Source: Octopus bimaculoides | Lineage: Eukaryota | Assembly (NCBI RefSeq): GCF_001194135.2 | Contig: NC_068984.1 | Span: 141,014,235 to 141,075,775, forward strand | Length of the DNA stretch: 61,541 nt | Direction: 5' to 3' | Shown: in pieces, positions 39,271 through 51,300 of the stretch | How positions within the stretch are numbered: the stretch's first letter is position 1 | Layout of the letters: each line of letters opens with the position of its first letter | The notes under the pieces: generated by a model | Databases searched by the model: none | What the model was told of the DNA's origin: nothing | Seen by the model: only the letters and a program-made list of their open reading frames with translations | Made by a program: the position numbers and the translations under genes

Positions 39271-40085
39271 TATACAAAGCGGATGTACACGAAGTACGAT
39301 CATTGCTAGAAATAGCAGCCGGTAAGCTATCGGCACTATGTAGAGCTTCTCTGAATGTTTAGAGGCAGAGATGTTTGCGGGCGGTGAATATAGAAAAATT
39401 CTGTCTGACCTCTAGGGAGACCGTTAAAGGAATGAAGGATAATTCAATACTACAGTTTCAAATTTTTCGGATCACGTGCATGAGCGCGAATCCGATTGGT
39501 TGTCTTTCTTCAGTTGAATCTACCTCTGCCAACCAAAATTTAAAATATCCACTACATCTCTGCCTGTTTACTCGGCTGAAATCTCCAGTCAACATCAGAA
39601 CCGAACCAAGATCAGTGAAAAGATATACAGATATACATCTTTCCATAAGTTTTTACACCGGTCGTATAATACGGTGCTGATTTCTTACTATATATCATAA
39701 CTATAATTTTCTTTAACCTATTTTCTTTAATCTTAATCGCATCCTAACTTATGGAGCTTACTACAGTTTACATGCTGAGCTTAAGTTAAAAATGATAATA
39801 CATAAAATATCAGTTTTCTGTACTTTATGTATCATAACTTAAACTATATTACTGCAGTTTTACGATTTACCATAGTCTTCTGTAGTGCTTTTTCTACACT
39901 TTCTAGAACCCATTAAATTATACAATATATCCTACAATCGTTATACAACAATATAATGAAAAATCTGCTAATGGCAGTCAACAACAATAAAATCAACATT
40001 AATAGTCAACACAAAGAAAAGTTGCGAAATATCTGAAAGTTGATATTGTCATATAGAAAAATGAAACATGAACAGTACGAAGGGC

Positions 40086-40112
<27 letters not shown>

Positions 40113-40116
<4 letters not shown>

Positions 40117-40356
40117 TTTTTTGCCACAGGGGCAGCTTGCCACAAGGGCAGCTTGTTGAACTGGTACTTATTTTATCGACCTCCGAAAGGATGAAAGGCA
40201 AAGTCGACCTCGGCGGAATTCGAACTCAGACCGTAAAGACAGACGAAATACCGCTAAGCATTTCGCCCGGCATGCTAACGTTTCTACCAGTTCGCCGCCT
40301 TAATAATAATGATGATAATAACAACAACAATAATAATAATAATAATAATAATAGTG

Positions 40357-40421
<65 letters not shown>

Positions 40422-40645
40422 TGTTTCTCTAATTTAGCCATAAGGCTAACAAATTTGAGAAGATGAGATTAGTCGATATCATCGAACCAGTACTGGACGG
40501 GTACTTCCTTTTGTCGATCCCAGAAGGGTAAAAGTAAAGTTGACCGTGGTGGCGTTTGAACTAAGATAAAAGAAAAAGAAGCTGGAACGAAATACGGCAA
40601 GGCATTTTCTCCGAGCTCCGCTGGTTCTGCCAGTTTACTCCCCTT
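40113..40645 (-). mobile_element. Two tandem SINE family B copies (40113-40301 and 40425-40645) separated by (AAT)n
   Basis: Both show the family B body and end in -cctt followed by AAT/GAT repeats. Confidence 0.82.
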
Positions 40646-41796
40646 AATAATGATGATGATGATGGTAAAATAACAGCAATGAGAAGAAGAATAACAATAA
40701 TTACAACATTAATAATAATAACAATAATAATAATGATTTCTAACATGGACATAGGGTCTTATATTTTATAGGGAGGAGTGTAGCTGTCATTTTTTCCCCT
40801 TGTATATGACTGGTATTTATTTTCCTTGTCCCGATAGCCAGTCACTAACATTAGTTATTTTTATATTTTTTTCATTTTGTACGGGAGATAACTCCTAACG
40901 GGGTTCGAGGTTATTGCGACTTCATCAGGTAGGAAATCATCATATAAATGTCTCAACATCTGTATTGTAACATAAAACTGTTTAGAAATACCATTTGCAT
41001 GAAAACCAATAGTACGTTACGTCATCTCCGAAAAACAAACCCTTCCTCGATCGGCTTTATTTGAATTCAGAATGTACATGTCGGTAAGTAGACCGCGTTT
41101 CACCCAATTGTATCAGCCCTTTTGTCTTTATTATTGAAAAGATCAATTAATTAATAATTAAAACAAATAAATATAAAGGTCAATCGATGAAGAAAAGGTC
41201 GGCCATGATACTTTGAGGGACGCTATTAAGTCTCTTCATGGTCTGAATTTAATCAGCCGAGGTGAACATAGCCTGTTTCTAGTACTTTTAAGGAAAAAAA
41301 ATGAATGGAAAACAAAGATCGAGAAACAAACGAATATGAAAATATAACCAGTTGTTAGTAACACGAAATAATATTCTACGTGTTCAGTACAATTGTCGTT
41401 ATTGTTCTATGGCGTCAGATCATCTCTTATCTGGTAGACTTATGACCAAAATTGTTCCAACAAAGCACATCCCCTCTTTTTGTGTATCAGAAATCTTAAT
41501 ACTGTCAATTTAATTTAAAATGACAGTGTGTGAGGTGTCAAAAATTTACCTGCTATTTCTGGCAAGTTGAGCAGCCATGTAAAAGTTGATTCGTATCGTG
41601 AATAGTTTGAAGAAAGGCAAAAGTCGTATTTCACGTTATTAGTCAAATATATCGTATACCCGGAACCCACCTCTTTTTTTCTGTAAATAAACACCAGGGT
41701 GTTTTGATAGAACAGGAAGTATACGTGGGCATGTGAGGGTTTTCTTTTGTGTCTGTGAGTCAAAAATGAGAAAAAGGAAAGAGTTTGATAACTTAC

Positions 41797-41951
41797 CTAA
41801 GATAAACGTTGGTATGTAAGAACCTGAACATCCAATCCCTGTTAGGAATCGCAAAAGATAAAACAAGTAAATGTTATTGACCCATGCGCTCCCTAAAGCA
41901 GCTGAACCTTGTAGCAAGATGGAATACATCATCACAGTTCTTCTTCCCACG
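41797..41951 (-). CDS. SLC22: SLC22 coding exon 4 (MFS motif A, TM3-TM4): VGRRTVMMYSILLQGSAALGSAWVNNIYLFYLLRFLTGIGCSGSYIPTFIL-G
   Basis: Acceptor after a long pyrimidine tract (ccaatctag), donor G|gtaagt. 155 nt, phase 2 to 1. SD-x-x-GRR and RFLTG motifs. Confidence 0.94.
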
Positions 41952-42339
41952 CTAGATTGGTTGCAAAGGAAATATAAGAAGGAAAGAAAAAAAAAGACAA
42001 AAAGAAAAATACATCTTTAGTACGACATATGTATATGAATTTGCATGTGATTATTACAGTTGCAGCTGTCGCTTATAATGTTTCACCACCACCACCACCA
42101 CCACCACCACCNNNNNNNNNNNNNNNNNNNNNNNNNNNNNNNNNNNNNNNNNNNNNNNNNNNNNNNNNNNNNNNNNNNNNNNNNNNNNNNNNNNNNNNNN
42201 NNNNNNNNNNNNNNNNNNNNNNNNNNNNNNNNNNNNNNNNNNNNNNNNNNNNNNNNNNNNNNNNNNNNNNNNNNNNNNNNNNNNNNNNNNNNNNNNNNNN
42301 NNNNNNNNNNNNNNNNNNNNNNNNNNNNNNNTTTTACTA

Positions 42340-42805
42340 ACAGAACATCTATGCTAAGCTTCTGTCAGTTGTTTGACCTTAACCAGTTGAGCATGTCCCT
42401 TGGTGGCTGACGATATGTGCATCTCTGATCACGAGCAGAAGTAGTTGGGGAGCATCATAGCCATGTGTTGAGAGGAATTCTTTGGGGTTTGAATAATTCA
42501 CCTCTGGAAACATGGGTGTTTCGTTCATTTTTAAAAGACCCTTATTCAGGGACGTGTTGAGCGAGATGGGCTACTCAATCTGAAGAAAATTCTAACTGGG
42601 CCCCACTTCTGAGGTCATGCACTGTTTATCTTGATACGAGATCACCATATTGTGCACATACGGTTGTGATGCATGTGCCTGGTGTACCCTTATCAGATGG
42701 GTAGTCATGACGGGTATAATGGGCTTCGTATATTTTACCCCAGTGTTACTTTGATGGCATATACTGCTCGCTCACTCAATAATAATAATAATAATAATAA
42801 TAATG
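42340..42805 (+). mobile_element. Unclassified retroelement-like segment ending in an (AAT)n tail
   Basis: Non-coding segment, GC-richer than its surroundings, terminated by cactcaataataataat. It resembles an abundant octopus repeat from recall only; single copy here. Confidence 0.45.
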
Positions 42806-42880
42806 AAAAAGTCGATGGCAAAAACATCCATGTATGTATGGATATTAATATATATGTATGCGTGTATGCATGTATACGTG

Positions 42881-43114
42881 TTATTTCTTTACTACCCACA
42901 AGGGGCTACGCACAGAGGTGACAAACAAAGACAGACAAACGGATTAAGTCGATTATATCGACCCCAGTGCGTAACTGGTACTTATTTAATCGACCCCGAA
43001 AGGATGAAAGGCAAAGTCGACCTCGGCGGAATTTGAACTCAGAACGTAGCGGCAGACGAAATACCGCTAAGCATTTCGCCCGGCGTGCTAACGTTTCTGC
43101 CAGCTCGCCGCCTT
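42881..43114 (-). mobile_element. SINE family B, full length, near consensus (young)
   Basis: ttatttctttactacccacaagggg...gccagctcgccgcctt; short TSD atgcatgtata. Confidence 0.9.
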
Positions 43115-43360
43115 AATGCATGTATATGTGTATGTATGTATGCATGCATATATATATGTATGTGTGTATGTACGTATATACATACGCAAGTATATGCATA
43201 TATATATGTGTGTGTGTATAAATATGTTTGTACGTGTGTATTAATACATGTGTATGTATGCCTGCATGTGTGTGTGCTGGAATCTATACGTGCATATATC
43301 ATATAAATGTTTGGGTGAGGTAGTGTTGAATGCATATTAAAAAGTTGTAAGTCTACTTAC

Positions 43361-43464
43361 ACATCCGATACGTTTCCCAGTGTCACTACGCCAAGTAGCA
43401 CACCAAAGAAAAAAACCACGATACAGTTCGCTGACATGAGACTTCGATCGCAAACAAGATCCAA
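43361..43464 (-). CDS. SLC22: SLC22 coding exon 3 (TM2): LDLVCDRSLMSANCIVVFFFGVLLGVVTLGNVSD-V
   Basis: Acceptor cttctgaaccag, donor GT|gtaagt. 104 nt, phase 0 to 2. DLVC and G.L.G....G.VSD motifs. Confidence 0.93.
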
Positions 43465-43911
43465 CTGGTTCAGAAGACAGAGAATATATACATATATTGG
43501 TGAGTGAGTGGGATAGAGAGAGAAATAGTGATGCAGATATACACGCTAGGGCTTGATATATAACATATACAGAGAGAGAGAGTGAGAGAGAAAAATTCAT
43601 GCTTACGAACACCGGTGTATAAGCATACAGCTATTTATTAATTTACAGAGAAAATTTACAAGCAGTACAAAATATACAGAAAAATGAGGGGAGAAGCATG
43701 GTAAATCCAACAGCTGTTTCTGGGGGCTCGGAATTACGTAATAGTTCTAATGCTTATAACTGGAAAATGGAATGTGAAAAAATTCAAAGATATGCGACCA
43801 GTAAAGAAGGCATATAACTATTACCATAAGACCGGCCTCCCTCTTCAGGGAGGAAAGGTTGGCAAATAGTATTTACGCACAGGCATGCATATATATATAT
43901 GTGTGTGTGTA

Positions 43912-43953
<42 letters not shown>

Positions 43954-45022
43954 CATACGTACATGCGTGCGTACGTACGGACTTACGTATGTATGCCATT
44001 ATTCAGTTTATTTCAAGATTTCTTGCCGAGAGAGAAAGAGCCGGTTTCTAACCTAGATCCAAGGCTCCTTCATTGGAATTTCAACAAATTCAACAGGATA
44101 TTTTTGCATGTATATATACGTACAGTATTTGGAGTGAGTGCATGTGCATATTTGGATGTTTTGTTTTATGTATATTTTCTCATGCATGTAGCTGCATCAT
44201 ATCTATTATGTATATATGTATGCAACAAATTGACTCGGCATCAATTTCGAGAAATTCGACTTCCCAAACCAGAAAGGAGAAAGCAAATCAGAAGATGACA
44301 GATTCAAGCCTTCAATGCAACTGTAGTCGCAATATATAAATATCTTTATGCTTGCACATATGTGCTTATCTAAATATATTTAGTTATCTATGTTTATACA
44401 TATCTCCCTATATATATATCATCTATGTGTATCTTTATGTGTATATGTATGTATGTAAATATGTATATTTATATGCACCAATCTTAATTCTGTTTGTCTG
44501 CATCACTCCCTATATATGTATGTATGTAATTTTGTATACGTGTGTGTATGTGTATGTATGTTTACATATATCTATATGTGTATGCATGTGTAAACATGTA
44601 TGCAAGTATGTACTCATGTATGAATACCCGTATTTGTGTATATGCACATGCTTCGATGCATATGAATGCGTAGGTCGAAGTTGAAGTTCTCTGCTAGACT
44701 GTTTATGTCGGTGTTCTATATATATATGTGTGCATATGATATGGTTCTATGTCATGCCTTAGTTACAACAATTCTAATGATTAGACCATTCTATGAGCGC
44801 GTCTGTAAGTGTTCTTGTGGAGGAGGTATGTAAGTGTATTAAATAAGGATTAATATTGTGAAAAAGAAACTTCACTGATGGGGAAGGTCTGTGTTTGAAA
44901 GTGGAGTCAACTTTCAGCGGAAATCTAAATTTTCCCTGACAATTTAAGCAGCCAGTTGATCTGGTTGAAGCTACAGTAGTCAAAACGAATTTTCTGATTT
45001 AGCTATCTATGCTCTCGCTCAC

Positions 45023-45054
<32 letters not shown>

Positions 45055-45118
45055 GACACACACACACACACACACACACACATACTCACAAACACACACA
45101 TATGTATATATATATATA

Positions 45119-45150
<32 letters not shown>

Positions 45151-45305
45151 CCTATATCTATGAATATATATATATATTGTTGGTTTCTATGTTCAGTTAT
45201 AATAAGAATGAATTTTACATTAATGTGAAAGGTTACGACGTAGAGTACAAGTTTATTATTCTTCAAAAAAAGTAGTACTGACAGTGACTTCAAAATTTTG
45301 GCCAG

Positions 45306-45347
<42 letters not shown>

Positions 45348-45484
45348 CAAAATGAGATCACAAAATCAAGGCTGTGAGGAGTTTTTCGGGCATTTATAAG
45401 GAAAAAGATATATAGTCCATTATTTACATTATATTTGTCCTCATCTTGTTTGTTGTCAAATGTAAAATAACGTAAATAATGTGC

Positions 45485-45557
45485 ATAATTCCTCATCTCT
45501 TAAATTCCTCATAATTCCTCATCTCTTAAATTCCTCATAATTCCTCATCTCTTAAAT
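45485..45557. repeat. 26-bp tandem repeat x2.8 (ataattcctcatctcttaaattcctc)
   Basis: Read directly from the sequence. Confidence 0.9.
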
Positions 45558-45860
45558 ATAGAACTGTATAGATATAGGCTGTCAATGTATAGATTAACAC
45601 AATGTTACCAATAGTTTCATGCCTTAGGTCAATAATCCTAGCAGCTTTTGAATGAAATTAGACCAGTAATCTATTACTGAGGTATTTGTTCTTTGTTAAA
45701 TTACGTGCATTTATTAATGCGTTTGTAAGTACATGCCAACCGTTTTGTAATTACGCGTAACATTTGTTAAATTATGTAAGGTCTTTAGAATTTTGATTAT
45801 TTATATTGCAGCTTAGACGTAAAATGGTAGTAATACTAGCGAAGTTTAAAAACCATAGGA

Positions 45861-45910
45861 GAGGTTTAGTTGGGTTTAGTTGGGTTTAGTTGGGTTTAGT
45901 TGGGTTTAGT
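45861..45910 (+). repeat. 10-bp tandem repeat (TGGGTTTAGT) x4-5; canonical G-quadruplex motif
   Basis: GGG tracts at 45872, 45882, 45892 and 45902 with 7-nt loops. Confidence 0.85.
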
Positions 45911-46025
45911 GAGGTATTAATGACTTCATGGTTATTGTTTACGATGCTGCCGTAAGAGAAATAAGTGAGAGTTTAAAGGGTTAATTTCGAAGGAATCGGG
46001 AATAATTTTACAAAAAATAACTCAC

Positions 46026-46245
46026 ATCTTCTATAACTGATGTTCTGAAGACGGAATGGTCGTACACCCAAGAATTACACTGCATCTTCGTGCCATTTTC
46101 ACCGAGACTTGAGTTATACATGTGGCATTTGTCGTAAACGTACTGGTCATCTTTGAACTCATAGGGTATCGTTTTGTTGACTAAAGTATCATGGTAACTG
46201 CCTTGGCTTTTGTACGTATCATTCGGAAGATCCGGTAAAGCGCAC
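46026..46245 (-). CDS. SLC22: SLC22 coding exon 2 (large extracellular loop): R-CALPDLPNDTYKSQGSYHDTLVNKTIPYEFKDDQYVYDKCHMYNSSLGENGTKMQCNSWVYDHSVFRTSVIED
   Basis: Not in the ORF track; found by manual translation. Acceptor ttgttatag, donor GAT|gtgagt. 220 nt, phase 2 to 0, matching both neighbours. Has the conserved loop Cys, the C..WVYD.S.F motif and four N-x-S/T sequons. Confidence 0.93.
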
Positions 46246-46488
46246 CTATAACAAATTCATTAATATTTCTTTTAAGTGATATAATTAAAGATGGTTGCAA
46301 AGAAAAGAAAGAGGAAATGTAAAACAAAAAAGCAAAATATAAACATAATTGAAAATATAAAGGAAGAATTTTCTCAGTTGGATCGGAATAAAGTTAGTCA
46401 TCAAAATTTCATTGCTTGCCAAAACACGGTTACAAAATGCCTCAAACTTCCATATATTCGATTAATGTAGGTAGATATATAATAACAT

Positions 46489-46855
46489 GCCGGGCGAAAT
46501 GCTTAGCGGTATTTCGTCTGCCGTTACGTTCTGAGTTCAAATTCCGCCGAGGTCGACTTTGCCTTTCATCCTTTCGGGGTCGATAAATTAAGTACCAGTT
46601 ACGCACTGGGGTCGATGTAATCGACTTAATCCGTTCGTCTGTTCTTGTTTGTCCCCTCTATGTTTAGCCCCTTGTGGGCAATAACGAAATAGGTATTTCA
46701 TCCGTCTTTACGTTTTGAATTCTGTCGGGGTTGACTTTGTCTTTCATCCTTTCGAAGGTCGATAAAATAAGTACTAATTGAACACTGAGATCGATGTGAT
46801 CGACTTAGCCTCTCCCTAAAACTTATTGATCTTTGTGCCAAAATTTGAAACTAGT
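46489..46855 (+). mobile_element. SINE family B near-consensus copy (46489-46693) followed by an older second copy (46696-46855)
   Basis: gccgggcgaaatgcttagcggtatttcgtctgccg...ccccttgtgggcaataacgaaatagg; about 93% identical to the reverse complement of 42882-43084 by manual comparison. Confidence 0.9.
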
Positions 46856-47855
46856 GTAAACAGTGGTCTATTCAAATGTCACACATGTGAATGAGAACCT
46901 TCTTGACAACTGGAATCACTGTAATTAAGCAAATTTTGATATATTTATAAATATGTTCCACTGCTTTTTTCTTCTTCAATCATTTGAATAACTAACAATG
47001 GATAACTCAAAGTAACGATTCAAGAAACTTCACTTTCTAATAAAATATACAAATTCTACTTTTTATGGATTGAGTGGTTTTTACTTCGTTTGTTGCTACA
47101 AACGCTCGACTGGAAATCAAATAGTGACCCTTAAGTCCTGCAAAGAATATCTTGATATCGCCCAGAAATAAACCTGATTGGAAAAAAGATATCCATGAAA
47201 TAATCAGGAGAATAAGGCAGAAGTTATATTTCTTTGATAAAGGCAGTATGAATAGTACTATGTAAAAAAGGTTTGAGTTAAGAAGTTGTAATTCCTCCTC
47301 CAGAGAAACTCTGAGTCTGATTTTTCAGTACAATAAAAGGGTGACATTTAAAAAAAATTTAACAAAATTCCAAAAGCTTCACACACATGAATTTTCTTCA
47401 AAGAACACCAAAAATGTTTTACGAAATTGATATCCGCACATGTCATAGACATCGTTTCAGCAATATAACCAACACCTATAAGGAACGAAACTCTAGTTCT
47501 TACCATACTGTTAATTCAGGAACAAAAGAAATAGCCAGCAGCATAAAAGTAAACGATAGAACATAATCTATAGCTTTGCGTGAGTGATAACTTAGTTCTA
47601 AAAATCATAAAGATAATGTTCTTGCTAACCCCAAATGTAGATTAAAAAGTCCAGGGGAAAAAAAGGAGATATATAGACGCAGTGAAAATATTTTAAACTC
47701 CAGGTTGTTTAACTTTAAGTAGTTCACTTCACTTCCGTTATGAAATTATAGTTTATCACTTATACCTATATACATATAGACACACCTATATTGCGCTCAT
47801 GTCGCGTATATGCAAATACTCAGATACTAATACATGCACTCGTGTTTGCGTGCGT

Positions 47856-47953
<98 letters not shown>

Positions 47954-48005
47954 CGTAGACGTGTGGCGTTACAAGTGGAGAAATAGATCAATGCATTTAA
48001 AATTA

Positions 48006-48620
48006 TATGCATTCCATATGCCGACCATCAAACCACCGAATGAACTTAAAATTGAAGTCCTGTTGTGAATTAATGAAAAGTAGTTAAAAATAAGTGGTTC
48101 GGCTATGACACAAAACACCATTACAGCACACATGTAGTAGCGTATATAGTCACGCTTGGACAAACACCCGGTAAAAGAGAAATACCACAAAAATGGGTGG
48201 TTGAACAACAGCAGGGTGCCAGAAGGGTGGAAGATGGTGGGAAACGTAAGATTGGTTGCCGCCCAAAAACTTTCATGGGGTGGGTCGAATCTATTGCAGT
48301 GTCTGTATCTATGGCCTCATTAAGCAATAGATTTTGATAATAGTGGTATATGTGCCTCTGTATGTGTGTGTGCGCGCACACACACAGTGGCACTCGTTTT
48401 CATTCACTCATTCACACACATACACACACACACACGCATACATTGTCAAATAGTGTCCTCCTTGCCCATTCCTGCCTCTTGTTCGCTACAGGTAGGCTGC
48501 GATCGTGTCTTGTTACATAACTAACACACTATTTTTACTGCTTTTTTTATTTACCAATTTGTGAGAAACTCTCAAGGTTAATCCATTCGGTGGTTTGATG
48601 TTTAGCATATGGAATGCATA
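48006..48620. mobile_element. Unclassified 615-bp element with 37-bp TIRs
   Basis: tatgcattccatatgccgaccatcaaaccaccgaatg (48006-48042) versus cattcggtggtttgatgtttagcatatggaatgcata (48584-48620), 3 mismatches; can be read as TA|TGCA...TGCA|TA. Confidence 0.7.
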
Positions 48621-48952
48621 ACCATGTTTTATGTCACGTACAAAGAAAAGCGTCCCCTCATTTTATTTTCTGTGCAAATATGCGTATCAGTATGCCAGTG
48701 ATCATCGTTCAAATTTCTTCAATAAAGAATATTCCATTTCATCTTGAAAGCCTAATGTGCTCACAACTTTTCCCTTTGTGGACAAGCACAAGTGGTCAGC
48801 TTAGACAAAACACTGGCAATGACTCGTCTTGCATTATTGCCAACAACAGGCAGTTTTGCAAACCAATTTATATTTATTCTCGTTCTATGTCGTTTTGTTT
48901 TTCAATTCTTGTCTATTTTTAAGCAGTATTTCTGTGTGGTGTATATACATAT

Positions 48953-49023
<71 letters not shown>

Positions 49024-49112
49024 NNNNNNNNNNNNNNNNNNNNNNNNNNNNNNNNNNNNNNNNNNNNNNNNNNNNNNNNNNNNNNNNNNNNNNNNNNNNN
49101 NNNNNNNNNNNN

Positions 49113-49150
<38 letters not shown>

Positions 49151-49151
<1 letters not shown>

Positions 49152-49401
49152 TAGGTTAGTGCATAATTATTTCGGCTTTTTTTCAACAAATTTTATTCAG
49201 CAACAACAATAACATGTAGTAAAAAACATCTTTAAACGATTATTCCGGAGTATATTCACCATCTACTTCAATTACTGCTTCCCATTTGCTTGGCAAACGG
49301 TCAGACCGTCATTTAAAGATGTTTTTGTTAAATATTGTTATTATTTTCGTTGAATAAAATTTGTTGAAAAAGAAAGCCGCAATAATTATGCACCAACCCA
49401 A
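49151..49401. mobile_element. Mariner-derived MITE (TTAGGTTGGTGCATAATTATTGCGG-type TIR), copy 1
   Basis: About 55-bp TIRs; the minus strand carries a transposase C-terminus DRLPSKWEAVIEVDGEYTPE*. Confidence 0.88.
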
Positions 49402-50451
49402 AAAGTATTTCACGCACACACAAAGTATTTCCCTCAGTAGTTTTAGAGGCAAAACGTACACTAGATAATGTAGTCTTGAGAGAATGGAACATAGAGACAG
49501 AAAGAGAAACAGAGAAAGGGAGAAACAGACAGAAATACAGAGAGACTGACAGATAGACAGAGAGACAGATAGATAGACAGACAGGTAGATAGATAGAAAG
49601 AGTGAGAGAAAAAGAGAGGTGGGGAACAGGTGTACTCGGCCTTGTCTGAGTTTTTAATACCTAAAATAAATACAGTTCCAAGAATCCATTATATCCGGAG
49701 TGAATCGTTTTGAAAAGATGTTAATCTTCAGTTAGTCTAGGTTTGTTGATTCTCTTAAAATCATTGCATGACACTAATTCAGAAGATAAATCCTATTAAG
49801 CTTCATAAAAATGTGCCAAAAAAATTTAACAAACTAGAATTTCATATAAAACTTTTCTCATATATATTTTTTACTTGGAAAACAAAACGTGAAGCAAAAG
49901 GCAAATATGATTATATGCTTTACAGATTAAATCTATGCACGCAGTAGTCCGGGTCTGCTTTGTAAATTAAACTCAGCATTTTGAATAGGAGGCGTATGTC
50001 TAATGAATGAACCATTGTCGCCTAACGTCTGATTACATTATCGTCTGGAGGGGAGGAAATCGACTGCAACGTTTTAGATACTATCTCGGTTGAACTGAAA
50101 TGCTTTAGTTACCGTAATGATTCTGAAGTTCAACAAGGTTTTTGAAAGGAAGGAAAAGGTTGAGCCATTATTGCAAGATGATCCAAGAAGTCGTAACAGT
50201 ATCATAAGGTGGTGGCCTTGGTGGTGACGTTGACAGGAATGGTAGTGAGTGATTGTAACATCATTGTAAGATGGTGGCATTGGTGGTTGTGGTGGTGGTG
50301 TGACAGTGGTGACCGTGGTGGTGGCTGTTGTGGTGGTAAGAGGTTGCACCATCCCTATAAAGTGGCAGTGGTAGTGAGAGGTTGTACTACCGTTATAAGG
50401 TGGTGGTGGTGGTTCTGGTGGTAGTAGTGGTGGTGGTGTTGGTGGTGGTGG

Positions 50452-50482
<31 letters not shown>

Positions 50483-50587
50483 GGAGAGGTGGTGACGTTG
50501 CTATCGCTGTTACTGTTTGGTGTGGAATCATAGGGAAGCCATATTTCTTATGCGGTTTCCTGTCTCGATTGTACCATTTCCTTGTGA

Positions 50588-50855
50588 AAGCGCGTGGCTT
50601 TGTGGTTAGCGTGTTCGGCTCAAACTCGTCAGGTTCTGAGTTCGATACCCAGCGACGAGTTGTCCCCTGGGGCATTTCCTGTTGCTTCAGTCCACTCAGC
50701 TGGCAAAAATGAGTTGTACCTGTATTTCAAAGGGCCAGCTTAGTCACAAACTGTATCCCTTAGAACCTCTCTTAGAACCTCCCTTAGAACCTCCCTTAGA
50801 ACCTCCCTTACAACCTCCCTTAGAACCACGTCAAGGGTACGCGTGTCTGTAGGGA
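50588..50855 (+). mobile_element. tRNA-head SINE (Nin-like centre, family A-type tail) with internal 12-bp tandem expansion
   Basis: Head gcgcgtggctttgtggttagcgtgttcggctc..gagttcgatacc. Six copies of cccttagaacct at 50757-50827, then cacgtcaagggtacgcgtgtctgt. Confidence 0.7.
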
Positions 50856-51009
50856 GAGTTACCTTAGTCCACTGATTGTGGACAGATGACACTTTCTTAC
50901 ATCGCCCAGTTAGGTTGCAGTGTTAAACAACAATAACCACAGCAACAGCTACAACATCCAGATGTTTCTTTTCTCAGTAGCAATGTTAAAGTAATCATGC
51001 ATAAAATAG

Positions 51010-51300
51010 ACATTGTCTCCTTAAAATGTCCCTCTCTTAATTCTTAACGTTCTGTCCGTATAATGTAAGATCAGTCCTCTCCATGCCTTTTCTCAAAGAC
51101 CATTGACATCTTTTGTCATCCCAGACATGTTCAAACATTCAAAGATCCACGAATGTGGCATCATGTGATAGGCCTTGCAATCATCTACCCAGGCCATTGC
51201 TAAATTTATCTTCCTTCACTTACAATCTTTTATCTACAGTTTATCTATGAGCAGCTGACCTTTAGTTCCCATGGCCATAGAATACCACATGGGTGTCCGA
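51010..51300 (-). mobile_element. R4/Dong-type RT fragment
   Basis: GTKGQLLIDK..KDCK.RKINLAMAWVDDCKAYHMMPHSWIFECL...RIKRGTF*GD corresponds to RT motifs AWIDYKKAYD.VPHSW and RGIFQGD. Confidence 0.8.

Noticed and set aside
41550-41680. AG...GT-bounded 131-nt segment just after exon 4, as the missing exon
   Set aside because: In the required phase it hits TGA after 12 codons, its length is 3n+2, and it has no SLC22 similarity; at most a cryptic or poison exon.
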